Below, in pieces: positions 18,901 to 28,277 of a stretch of DNA of 64,000 nt. The position numbers and the translations under genes were made by a program. A model generated the notes under the pieces. That model was not told the DNA's origin. It searched no databases and worked only from the letters and a program-made list of their open reading frames with translations. Within the stretch, counting starts at the first letter, position 1, and every line of letters starts with the position of its first letter. Origin of the DNA: Thermoplasmatota archaeon (GTDB taxonomy: Archaea; Thermoplasmatota; E2; JACPAO01; JAHFTW01); NCBI GenBank assembly GCA_041601615.1, contig JBFIHX010000004.1:32001-96000 (forward strand), in the 5' to 3' direction.

Positions 18901-19923
18901 CTACATGGGCTTGGTGGCAAGGGCTTTCCTGGCGGCAGTGGACAGTCCAAGTCGCTGCAATTCCGGTTCGGGAACCCATCGAGCGTCGCCTCGAAGCGTC
19001 CCGCCCTGCCAAACGGCTTCGTGGATGGCCATGCGCCAGAGCCGATGCGTGAACCGATGCTCCACTTCTGCTGGAGCCCCCTTGGTTCGCACTTGGATGC
19101 CGGTTTGCGCGTGGACGTGGTCTTCGAGAGGAGCAGCCGGGTCTCCACCGGGGAGCATCCATGTTCGCGCCAACAAGCCGGTCTCAGGCCGACGCACCAG
19201 CAAAACACAGCCCTGGTCTCGAATGACCGCAAGATTCAGGTGCTCCACGGGCACGTCCTTTCGACTTTTGGGTGGCGGAATCGTCGCCTGGAGACCCCCG
19301 GCACGGGCTTGGCAGTGCAGCGCAATGGGACAAACCTCGCAAAGGGGGACTTGACCGCACACGGTGGCACCCAAATCCATGAGTGCTTGGTTCCAATCCC
19401 CGGGGCGCTCAGGGTCTACGAATTGGGCGGCCGCCTCCTCCATGCGACAGCGTGGAATGATGTCTCTTGGGTCGCCTTGCTCTGCCAAAAGCCGAGCCGT
19501 GACACGCACCACGTTGCCGTCCACTGCAGGCACGGGCAGCCCGAACGCGATGCTGGCGATCGCACCACTAGTGTAGGCGCCGATGCCCGGAAGTGCTTGC
19601 AAATCCTCTACGGTCTCGGGAAATGATCCGGCATCCACGATGGCTTTGGCCGCACTGTGTAGAAACCGTGCCCGCCTGTAGTATCCGAGACCCGACCATT
19701 GTCCAAGCACCTGATCTTCGCTGGCGGCTGCCAATGCCTCGACCGTGGGAAACGCTTCAATCCAGCGGGCAAAATACGCCTTGACCGTCTCCACGCGGGT
19801 CTGTTGGAGCATCACTTCACTAATCCAGACACAGTAGGGGTCCTGGTTTTGGCGCCACGGTAAGTCGCGGGCGTGCTGATCGTACCAACCGAGCAACTCC
19901 GATCGCAGCCTCGGCACGTCCAC
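18901..19923 (-). CDS. mutY: A/G-specific adenine glycosylase
   Basis: WISEVMLQQT, WSGLGYY, LPGIGAYT, VDGNV, FeS Cys cluster, NUDIX-like C-terminus; start approximate. Confidence 0.95.
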   Translation of the reverse strand: MDVPRLRSELLGWYDQHARDLPWRQNQDPYCVWISEVMLQQTRVETVKAYFARWIEAFPTVEALAAASEDQVLGQWSGLGYYRRARFLHSAAKAIVDAGSFPETVEDLQALPGIGAYTSGAIASIAFGLPVPAVDGNVVRVTARLLAEQGDPRDIIPRCRMEEAAAQFVDPERPGDWNQALMDLGATVCGQVPLCEVCPIALHCQARAGGLQATIPPPKSRKDVPVEHLNLAVIRDQGCVLLVRRPETGLLARTWMLPGGDPAAPLEDHVHAQTGIQVRTKGAPAEVEHRFTHRLWRMAIHEAVWQGGTLRGDARWVPEPELQRLGLSTAARKALATKPM

Positions 19924-20119
19924 GAGGGCGCCACTCGCCTTGGACGCATGAACCCCGCGCCCGCGCCGAAATCGACCCAAATAATTTCACCAAGATTGAG
20001 AATTTTTTTGTGCTCTTATAGTTCCATGGCGGGGAACATCATGGCTAGAAGGCTTGAGTACACCAAAGCGATTCCACATGGACGTGCCAAATCGATGGCA
20101 CATGGAACCAGTGGATACC

Positions 20120-21868
20120 ATGTTCAGACAACAACTCAACGCAGCCATCGCATTTGGCTTGCTGGCCGCAACTCTCGTCTCCGGACTCAGCCCCGAACCG
20201 CCCGCCGTCGCACGCGCCACTATTGACCTCGGAGGCGTGGATCTGTCCCCGGTCTTTGATGAACCATGGTGGCCAGAATGGCTCGCGTACAACGACCTTG
20301 ACGGAGACCGCATCGAGGACGCCGCCCAAAGAGAAACCCACCGCATTCTCTCCAGCGGCACCGGCCAATCCCTAGCACTGCTCATCAACTACGACCGCGC
20401 CGCAACACCCGCCGACGCAGACGCCCTTCGATTGCTTGGCGGCGTCGTGCTGCACGAATTCACCTGGATTCCCACCATTCTCGCAGCCATTCCCGCAGCT
20501 GCCGTACCCGCCATCTCGCAATTGCCCGGCGTCGTCGCCGTGGAATGGGACCGCCCCCTCGTGCCCTTGCTCGACAAATCCGGCCCCGCCACAGGCGCCG
20601 TGGAAGATCCCGGCTCCGGCCCCTACAACGGCTACACCGCAGAAGCCCTCGGATACACCGGCTCCGGCATGGTCGTCGCAGTCATCGACACCGGCGTCTC
20701 CCAAGGCCACCCGGCGTTTGCGGGCAAATGGGTCACGGGTGCGCTCACCAGCCTCCTGGGATCCTACTACGGTGGCTTCGTCAGCAGCCCCGTCAGCGCC
20801 ATCCAATGCGCCGACCCCCTCGACGACGGCGGACACGGCACACACGTTGCAGGCACCGCCGTAGGCAACCACGCAGGCAACAACCACAAGGGCACCGCCA
20901 AGGACGCCAAACTCGTAGAGATCAAAATCGACGTGGGCGGCGCCTCGGGCGTCTACGGCACCATCCTGTACCCCTTCAGCATCGGCGGCGGAGACGAAGT
21001 CGCCTTCGAATGGGTGCTCTCCTACAACAGCGCCATCGACGCAGGCTCCCCCCTATGCGGGGTATCCAGCAGCGACCGCATCGACGTGGCCACCATGAGC
21101 TTCGGCTCCACCGGCGCCGGCGGCATCAACGCAGGCACCATGGAAGCCGTCCAACAACAAATGGTCGCAAACGGCGTCGTCACCACCATCGCCGCCGGCA
21201 ACGTCGGAGGCAGCGAATTCACCATCTCCAGCCCCGGCAACGCCGCCGCCACCATCAGTGTCGCCAACAGCAACGACAAGAACACCGTAACGCGCACCGA
21301 CGACAGCCTCGCCGGCTCCAGCAGCCGCGGACCCAACCAAGGCAGCGCCAGCAACCTTGCAGGCCTCACCGATCGCTACCGCAAACCCGACCTCGCAGCA
21401 CCCGGCACCAACATCATGGCACCCAACACCTACGAAGGCATCTACCGCCAATACGGCCTCCCGATCGGCGCCTCCGAATACGTCAGCAAAACCGGCACCA
21501 GCATGGCGACCCCCCACGTCGCCGGCATCGCCGCACTCCTCATCGAAGCAGGAGAAAGCGTCAAAGGAGCCACAGGCGGCGTCAACCTCATGCGCCCCAC
21601 CGGCGACGGCTACGACGCCAGCGGCAACTATGCAATCGGCGAACACCCCGTCCGCGACGCACTGATCCACAGCACCGACTACAAAACTAGCGGCGTCACC
21701 TCCGCCATGCTCACCAAATGGCAAGGCAACAACAACAATGGCGTCAACTGGAACAACGGCTACGGCTACGGCCACGTCGACGCCTTCGCCGCCTTGTGCT
21801 GGGCCTGGAACAACGTGTTGATTCCCGGCGGCGCCACCGCGACCGCCGCCGTCACCACCAAGTGCTAA
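20120..21868 (+). CDS. Secreted S8 subtilisin-like serine protease
   Basis: VIDTG, HGTHVAG, AAGN, GTSMATPHVAG; signal peptide and propeptide. Confidence 0.95.
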   Translation: MFRQQLNAAIAFGLLAATLVSGLSPEPPAVARATIDLGGVDLSPVFDEPWWPEWLAYNDLDGDRIEDAAQRETHRILSSGTGQSLALLINYDRAATPADADALRLLGGVVLHEFTWIPTILAAIPAAAVPAISQLPGVVAVEWDRPLVPLLDKSGPATGAVEDPGSGPYNGYTAEALGYTGSGMVVAVIDTGVSQGHPAFAGKWVTGALTSLLGSYYGGFVSSPVSAIQCADPLDDGGHGTHVAGTAVGNHAGNNHKGTAKDAKLVEIKIDVGGASGVYGTILYPFSIGGGDEVAFEWVLSYNSAIDAGSPLCGVSSSDRIDVATMSFGSTGAGGINAGTMEAVQQQMVANGVVTTIAAGNVGGSEFTISSPGNAAATISVANSNDKNTVTRTDDSLAGSSSRGPNQGSASNLAGLTDRYRKPDLAAPGTNIMAPNTYEGIYRQYGLPIGASEYVSKTGTSMATPHVAGIAALLIEAGESVKGATGGVNLMRPTGDGYDASGNYAIGEHPVRDALIHSTDYKTSGVTSAMLTKWQGNNNNGVNWNNGYGYGHVDAFAALCWAWNNVLIPGGATATAAVTTKC

Positions 21869-22029
21869 ACGAACCGCAATCAACCCCGCCTGCCCCGACG
21901 AATCCCAAGGACCAGGGCCCCCTTGCACCGTCGGGGCAGGCCACACCCCCTGCTGCCAAAGCCAGGCTACAAAAAAATCAGCGCTGGGTCGCCGCAAGGC
22001 TGAAGTGGCGAAGGCGCCGCTTCGAACCG

Positions 22030-23418
22030 ATGCGACTGCTTGCCGTGGTGTTCCTAGTGCTCCTGCCCCTTGCCGGCTGCCTGGATGACCCATCTGATTC
22101 CGACGGACTCAACACCCCAGGACCCGCCGCCGCACTGCCCCCCGGCGTGCACATCTTTGGCGGCAACACCACAGACATCGCAGACCGCCTGCTTGGACAC
22201 GCCGAATACGTCCTCACCGGCTACCAAGGAGCCGAACCCAACATCGGCGCCACCAGCACCGGCAGCCTGTTCGTTTCCGCCGGCAGCATCGTGCTTCGCA
22301 GCCAAGACGAAGGCCGCACCTGGCACCCCGTGCAAGAACACCTGCTTCTCAACAGCGACCCCATGCTCTGGGTCGACCCCTGGACCGACTGCATCTACAA
22401 CGTCCCGATGTTCCCCATCCTGCTTGGTGCAACCCTCTACCGCTCCTGCGACGACGGCGACACTTGGACTCCGATTCACTCCCAAAACATGGGCCACGGC
22501 GTCTACGACCACCAAAAACTCGCAAGCGCCCTACCCGGCCCGGACGCACCCCCCATAGCGGGTGCTGCCTACCCCACCGTCCTCATCATCTGCTACAACG
22601 CACTCGTAGCCACCCATTGCGCCATGAGCTTTGATGGAGGCATCACCTGGCCCATCGACCAACCCATCTGGGACACCGTGCGAGGCCCCGACTGCGCCGG
22701 CCAACAAAGCCACCCCACCGGAGCCCCCGACGGCACCATCGTCGTCGCCAAAGCATGGGGCTGCGCAGAGCCGCTCATCTACATCAGCACCGACTCAGGA
22801 ATCACATGGCAAGTGCGCCCCGGACCCACAGGCATCGGCGCAGACACCCTCGACCCTGAAATTGCATTCACAAGCGACGGCGCCATGTACATGCTCTGGC
22901 AAAGTGCACCCGACGAAAGCCGCGCCCACCTCGCCCGCAGTGACGACATGGGCCAGACCTGGCAAGGACCCTGGGACGTCACCCCGCCCGGCATGGACAG
23001 CACCATCTTTGCAGCACTCGCCGCCGGCACCCCAGGCCGCGTCGCCCTCGCCTTCCACGCCACCAACGCCTCCGGCGCCCCCGGCGAAGTCGAAGACACG
23101 GCCCAATGGCACACCTACATCGTCACCTCCGAGAACGCCGACACCGACAACCCCACGTTCGTCAGCCACCAAGCCCAAACCGACCCAGTCCAAGTAGGAA
23201 GCATCTGCAAAGGCAACCGAGGATGCACGGGAGGAAACCGCAACCTCCTCGACTTCATCGATGGCGCCATCACCCCCGACGGCACCTTCTACGTCGCCTA
23301 CGCCGAAGGATGCACCGAAACCTGCGCCGACAACCCCAACGCCAAGCCCCAAGACAGCCGCGACCGCGCCACAAGTGTTGCCATGCTGCGCGACTGGTCC
23401 CTGTACGCCGACGCCTAA
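22030..23418 (+). CDS. Lipoprotein with BNR/Asp-box (sialidase-like) beta-propeller
   Basis: LAGC lipobox; repeats SQDEGRTW, SCDDGDTW, SFDGGITW, STDSGITW, SDDMGQTW. Confidence 0.88.
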   Translation: MRLLAVVFLVLLPLAGCLDDPSDSDGLNTPGPAAALPPGVHIFGGNTTDIADRLLGHAEYVLTGYQGAEPNIGATSTGSLFVSAGSIVLRSQDEGRTWHPVQEHLLLNSDPMLWVDPWTDCIYNVPMFPILLGATLYRSCDDGDTWTPIHSQNMGHGVYDHQKLASALPGPDAPPIAGAAYPTVLIICYNALVATHCAMSFDGGITWPIDQPIWDTVRGPDCAGQQSHPTGAPDGTIVVAKAWGCAEPLIYISTDSGITWQVRPGPTGIGADTLDPEIAFTSDGAMYMLWQSAPDESRAHLARSDDMGQTWQGPWDVTPPGMDSTIFAALAAGTPGRVALAFHATNASGAPGEVEDTAQWHTYIVTSENADTDNPTFVSHQAQTDPVQVGSICKGNRGCTGGNRNLLDFIDGAITPDGTFYVAYAEGCTETCADNPNAKPQDSRDRATSVAMLRDWSLYADA

Positions 23419-23488
23419 CTCGCCACCGCGTCGCGCGATTGCCTCAAAAAGCCGCAAGGTCCAAGGCAACGAGCACCCAACCTACACC

Positions 23489-23662
23489 ATGGACCCAACC
23501 GGAGGCATTCCAAGCGCTTGCCCCTACTGTCAAAGTCCACGCATAGGCCCAATCCAGGACCCCGACATCACCGCGTTGCCCGGCACTCCAACAGCGCCCA
23601 CGCCCTACCCCGGCGTGCTAACCTGCCGCGACTGCGGCGCGATCATTCAGTGGGAACCTTGA
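23489..23662 (+). CDS. Small zinc-finger protein
   Basis: CPYC...CRDCG, 57 aa. Confidence 0.6.
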   Translation: MDPTGGIPSACPYCQSPRIGPIQDPDITALPGTPTAPTPYPGVLTCRDCGAIIQWEP

Positions 23663-23674
23663 AGATCGGCCGGT

Positions 23675-24529
23675 TTAGCCCGTCGGATCCCGCCACGGCC
23701 CATCCGCAATGAAAGACCAGTCCTCAGTTGGAACTTGATCATAGAACTGCGTCAGAAAAATCTCGAATCGCTGCTCGACTACAACCGTCGGCTGCGACTT
23801 ACCAGGAAACACACGCACCAAGTACGAGCGATAATCCTCGCCATGCGCCGGCGGCATCTCTTCGCCATCCACCTTCAAAATCTGCGGACTCTGGCCATCC
23901 ACTTGCACATGGTCCTCCGGTACCACCGTCGTTTCATTCATGATGCCAATGCTCAACGTGTCCCCGATGCCACTGGACGGCTCCCAAATCATCTCCGCCT
24001 GGATGTACGTCACCGGCCGCTGCACAAACGTGTCAAACGTATTGATGGACGCAGCAAAGGCACAGGGATTGACGCCTCGCCCATAGACTCCAGTGACACC
24101 TAGGCCCACGCCGCATTGCAGGAAGCCATTGTAATTGAGCAACTCTGAAAACGGCAAACTGGACACATCCACCACCAACTGAATCTTCACCACAGGAGGC
24201 CGATCCACTCCCGCCACCACATCCGTACTAACCTGCAACGTCGAGTAACCCGCCTTCGTGGCCGTCAAGAAATACGTCCCCGGTTCAAGGTCGGCAAAGA
24301 CAAACAAGCCGTCCTTGTCCGAAAGCGTCTCCCGGCCGTCCTGCATCGCCACCGTCGCCGCCGAAAGGGGCGTGAACGTTGCATCCACCACAACGCCACG
24401 AATCACTCCCGTGGAATCAGTCGCCTTTGTCTCCAAATTTTCGAACTCTTCCGGCTCATTATTGGGTGCCGCACTCTCGGCACAACCAGACAGCAACAAC
24501 ACTCCAAGTAGGAGCCACAGCACACGCAT
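23675..24529 (-). CDS. Lipoprotein with carboxypeptidase-regulatory-like domain (paralog A)
   Basis: LSGC lipobox; G.IRG.V.D, DG.F.F.DLEPG.Y; clear paralog of 31753 and 32799 genes. Confidence 0.85.
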   Translation of the reverse strand: MRVLWLLLGVLLLSGCAESAAPNNEPEEFENLETKATDSTGVIRGVVVDATFTPLSAATVAMQDGRETLSDKDGLFVFADLEPGTYFLTATKAGYSTLQVSTDVVAGVDRPPVVKIQLVVDVSSLPFSELLNYNGFLQCGVGLGVTGVYGRGVNPCAFAASINTFDTFVQRPVTYIQAEMIWEPSSGIGDTLSIGIMNETTVVPEDHVQVDGQSPQILKVDGEEMPPAHGEDYRSYLVRVFPGKSQPTVVVEQRFEIFLTQFYDQVPTEDWSFIADGPWRDPTG

Positions 24530-24631
24530 GGGTCGGCACTGGCAGCATGGACCCAAAACCATTGCCGTCGCATCGCCACGCGATGAGCCCGCGCAGCAAA
24601 CATCATCAACCAACCCCGGCTCGCGCGACCC

Positions 24632-25054
24632 ATGGCGAGGGAAATCCCCGTCGAGGAACACCTCGAAAAGCAGTTGGCGGCCGGCCGCAAGGTCATCGCG
24701 AACGATGCACAGAGCCGCGCCTTGTTTGCGCAGCTCAAATCCGAGTGCCCCGACGTGGACGAAGACGCAATCGTGCGCGCCTTTGCGACACCCGGCTTCG
24801 GCACCAAAAACGTCGAGGCGGCCGTGGTCGCCACCGTGCGCCAAAAGCAATTCAACGCGCAAAACCCGCGCCCCGCGTACAAGGACATCTACGCCCACCT
24901 TCTACCCGAAGAAATGGCCGACGACATCCGCGACGACCCCGAATACCGCGGCCAATTTGCCGACCTTCTTGGAGAAATCGAAGAAGAATTCGACCCCGAC
25001 GGCGGCATCAACGACACCGAGATGCGCCGCGAGATCAAGGAAGCCCTAGCGTAA
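24632..25054 (+). CDS. Hypothetical acidic protein coupled to nucS
   Basis: Typical codon usage; TAATG overlap with nucS start. Confidence 0.75.
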   Translation: MAREIPVEEHLEKQLAAGRKVIANDAQSRALFAQLKSECPDVDEDAIVRAFATPGFGTKNVEAAVVATVRQKQFNAQNPRPAYKDIYAHLLPEEMADDIRDDPEYRGQFADLLGEIEEEFDPDGGINDTEMRREIKEALA

Positions 25055-25839
25055 TGCAGCTCGTCCGTGACCCGGACGCAGCGACCGCACTCACCTTCCT
25101 GCGCGCAGAACTCACATCCCTGCGAGAAGAAAAGGGCCGCATGATCCAGGTGGTCGCCGACTGCGCCATCCAATACCAAGGCCGCGCTCGCAGCATGCTC
25201 CACCGAGGCGAACGCCTCCTGCTGCTGAAGCCCGACGGCACATTCCTCGTCCACACGGCCACGAAGGCAAAGCCGGTCAACTGGCAACCCCCCGGCGCCA
25301 CGTTCCACGCCGAGATCGAAGAAAACCAACTCGTCTTGACCGCATACCGGCCCAAGCCCGAGGAAATCGTCAAGGTCACGTTCCACGACATCCGCATCTG
25401 CCTTGCCGTGCCGCTGCGCGACGCCGAAGAATTGGCCCTCGTGGGCAGCGAAGACGACCTGCAAGAGCTCCTGTTCAAGCACCCAGAACTGGTCGAGCCT
25501 GGCTTTGTGCCCCGCCGCCGCGAACGAGACACCAAACAGGGCTACTACGACCTCGACGGCGACGACGCCACCGGCCGCCGCCTCGTCGTAGAGGTCAAGC
25601 GCGGCACCGCCGGCCTCAAGGACGCCCAGCAACTCTGGCGCTACGTCGAACCCTTGCGGGCCCAGAACCCAGACGGAAAAGTTCGAGGCGTACTCATCGC
25701 CCCCCGCGTCGCCGACAAGGCCCGCGCCCTCCTCTCTGACCACGACCTAGAATGGAAGGAATTAGACTGGGACGACGTACTGCCCAAAGTCGAGCGTATG
25801 CGCCGCGTCGGGCAAGTGGGCCTCGGATCGTTTTCGTAA
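25054..25839 (+). CDS. nucS: Mismatch endonuclease NucS/EndoMS
   Basis: Y.GRA.S, K.DGTFLVH, PVNWQPPG, SEDDLQ, VVEVKR, QLWRYV, VRGVLIAP. Confidence 0.95.
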   Translation: MQLVRDPDAATALTFLRAELTSLREEKGRMIQVVADCAIQYQGRARSMLHRGERLLLLKPDGTFLVHTATKAKPVNWQPPGATFHAEIEENQLVLTAYRPKPEEIVKVTFHDIRICLAVPLRDAEELALVGSEDDLQELLFKHPELVEPGFVPRRRERDTKQGYYDLDGDDATGRRLVVEVKRGTAGLKDAQQLWRYVEPLRAQNPDGKVRGVLIAPRVADKARALLSDHDLEWKELDWDDVLPKVERMRRVGQVGLGSFS

Positions 25840-25877
25840 CGGGGTGGCCGAGCGTAGCGAGTGCCGCCCGGAATGAT

Positions 25878-25895
25878 CGACCTTTTCGAAGGTCG
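25878..25895. repeat. Palindrome CGACCTT-N4-AAGGTCG, left copy
   Basis: Perfect 7-bp arms; same arms at 31657-31674. Confidence 0.8.
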
Positions 25896-26180
25896 TGGCA
25901 GTGTAACATACAATCTAGGTAGATTAGCGTCTAATTACCTGGAGTATTATATACATGGCTGTGACAAACGAGGAAGTTCGCCGGAGTGAGTTTCGAAAGA
26001 AACGCCAGGGCGAAGCCTCGGCTCCTTAAGATGAGCGAAAATTTCGCTCATATTTCCGGGACCGAGCAAGGCTGCGGTGTATCTTCTATTGCACTGAGGC
26101 GGACGAAAAAGCAAGCATTGAAGCCCAGGCTCCCGGAGGCGTCCTTTGGAGTCAGCAAAACCGGTGTCTTCGTGCTTGCA

Positions 26181-26738
26181 ATGGGGCATGTTGGGCTCAT
26201 ATCGTGGTTGCTTCGGCCCGCACTATTGTACAAGAGAACCCTCGGCCGAGCCACATACGCTGGCGACGCCTTGGCCCACAATTTCGGGCAGCAACGACGC
26301 GCCGGAGTCACCTTGCTTGCACAACGCCACCTCGACCACGGGCGCCCGCGCCGCGCCCTTAGACTTGCCCAACGAAGCACCGCATTGAATCCCCTTCACT
26401 CAGACGCTTTGCGCATCCAAGCTGACGCGCTCCTTCAGGGCATTGAGCAAGAATCAGTAGACGACCCGGCCCGGCGTGACGTGCTTGATGAAGTCAGTCA
26501 AGCACTCGAACGCGCTGCCCGAGCCGCCATCACCGACCCCTGTTCTCTGCGCATCATGCTGGTCGTCGTCGTCGAATTCCACGCCGCCATGGGCAATTAT
26601 GGCACGGCCCAAGAAGTCCTCGAATCCGCTGCATCCATCGACCCGCACCTGACTAGAGCGTTTCTGGCCACCAAGCCCTGGGCACAGCGGCTTCACGCTG
26701 CCCCTGCCACATGGCAAGGTGGCGCCGAAATCAGTTAA
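26181..26738 (+). CDS. TPR-like helical protein
   Basis: A..L.P..A..LQ and G.Y..A...LE.A..IDP patterns; start uncertain. Confidence 0.5.
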   Translation: MGHVGLISWLLRPALLYKRTLGRATYAGDALAHNFGQQRRAGVTLLAQRHLDHGRPRRALRLAQRSTALNPLHSDALRIQADALLQGIEQESVDDPARRDVLDEVSQALERAARAAITDPCSLRIMLVVVVEFHAAMGNYGTAQEVLESAASIDPHLTRAFLATKPWAQRLHAAPATWQGGAEIS

Positions 26739-26986
26739 TCACGATCGACTCGGAGACTTCGCCGGGCAGCTTCCAGTGCATCCTTGGCTGAAGCTGGCGC
26801 ATCCATGCCTCGAAGTGAAGTAGAATCGAGAACAAGCCGCAGGTCCCGCCGGACAGCCTCCTCCACGGCCGCACGGACGTAGCTGCTCGGGTTCGGAGCC
26901 AACCCCGGACGCAGGTGCAAAAGCTCCTCCACATCGCCTCGAAGTGGAACTGGTAACGACACCTTCCAAGACCGAGCATCCTCCAT
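26735..26986 (-). CDS. Small ribbon-helix-helix-like protein
   Basis: KVSLP...SSYVRAAVEEAV pattern. Confidence 0.45.
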   Translation of the reverse strand: MEDARSWKVSLPVPLRGDVEELLHLRPGLAPNPSSYVRAAVEEAVRRDLRLVLDSTSLRGMDAPASAKDALEAARRSLRVDRD

Positions 26987-27167
26987 CCAGTATGCCCACC
27001 CCTTGGCCCAACTTAACCAAACCCAAATCCCCAATCGGCCCATAATCGCCTAACTCGATTTTATAGTTACTCCATATATGCTCCTTTGCAGGTGCATTGT
27101 TGCCCTGTGCGGCTTGTCGTGCCCGACTCACCACCCCGCAAGGGGCACCACCCAAAGGCAAGGCACG

Positions 27168-27317
27168 ATGAGCAAGAAGTCCGCCACCGCAAACCATTGT
27201 CGGGTTTGCAAACTGCAACCAGAGGAGGTCCTGGATTGCACGCATCGGCGCACGGCGGCACAACTCGTGGGTTGGCGTCGATGCACCTCCTCCCTTTGGC
27301 ATTGGAGCAAACAATGA
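27168..27317 (+). CDS. Small Cys-containing ORF
   Basis: HCRVC; ATGA overlap with next ORF. Confidence 0.35.
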   Translation: MSKKSATANHCRVCKLQPEEVLDCTHRRTAAQLVGWRRCTSSLWHWSKQ

Positions 27318-27616
27318 CTGCAAATAATCCCCCGCGCCCGCATTGCACAGGAACAGGCCGAAGACGACCGCACGACCGAAAAATTCCCGATGACCTACTC
27401 GCGCCCATAGATGGTGCGAGATGGGAAAGCTTCGCGACTCCAGAAACAACACCGGGCGAAAGGACCCTCTTAGCGGGACTGGATAACGGCACATGGGGCC
27501 TCTGGCGTCGACCGAATCAAAGCGTCTACGTGAGCGGCCCCGGCGGCGAGCCTATTCCAGTTGATTCGAAAAAGTGGCCCTTGGATCGATTGCAAAGGGC
27601 GTTTGATGACGGGTAA
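27314..27616 (+). CDS. Hypothetical protein
   Basis: Overlapping starts/stops with neighbours on both sides. Confidence 0.45.
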   Translation: MTANNPPRPHCTGTGRRRPHDRKIPDDLLAPIDGARWESFATPETTPGERTLLAGLDNGTWGLWRRPNQSVYVSGPGGEPIPVDSKKWPLDRLQRAFDDG

Positions 27617-28160
27617 TGCCGACGTTTGCTCCAAAAATGACTTGGCCTGTGAATCGTCGCTACCGGCCGATATGAATTGTGTGGAGCCAGTAGCGGCGGT
27701 CAAGTCAAGGTCAGTAGAACCGGGATCGATACGAATTCTGGCGGCATTAGCCCAAGGCGAAGTGTGTTCAGTCGCAGAAATTGCAAAGCGCCTGGATTTG
27801 CACGCAAAGACCATTGCGTACCATTCCTTAATCCTCGAGCAGGCTGGTGCACTTCGACGAACACCGTGGGGGCGCGAGACACTTCTGCACCGACATGTCC
27901 GCTCCCCTTCCGAGGCTATCGTTCTCCGGTTGTTGCAAGACCCGATACGACACCGAATGTTGGATTTTCTCGGCCAGCGGCCAGTGCAGCAGACAGAATT
28001 GGCACATGCGGCTGGTTCGAAGCCTTTCGCTGCCTATCGGTTATTGCGAGAACTTGTGTCGCGGGATCTTGTAGACGTCACGGCAGGGCCGCGCCGAATC
28101 TACAAGGCAAAACGGTCGTTGATTGATATTCTCCATGCGGCTGCCTCAAAAACGCAATAA
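27606..28160 (+). CDS. Tandem winged-HTH (ArsR-like) regulator
   Basis: SVAEIAKRLDL...TIAYH..ILEQAG and a second wHTH (LQDPIR..ML...ELA...L.ELV..DLV). Confidence 0.75.
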   Translation: MTGNADVCSKNDLACESSLPADMNCVEPVAAVKSRSVEPGSIRILAALAQGEVCSVAEIAKRLDLHAKTIAYHSLILEQAGALRRTPWGRETLLHRHVRSPSEAIVLRLLQDPIRHRMLDFLGQRPVQQTELAHAAGSKPFAAYRLLRELVSRDLVDVTAGPRRIYKAKRSLIDILHAAASKTQ

Positions 28161-28277
28161 TGCAATAGATTGAGGCCAATATATTGGCCGTAAACCGTCA
28201 GGTTTTGCAGATTGGGAGTATGCAAGCTATGTACCTGGCGCCAATCCTTGATTGCCCGACAACGGGCAGTGATTCAA

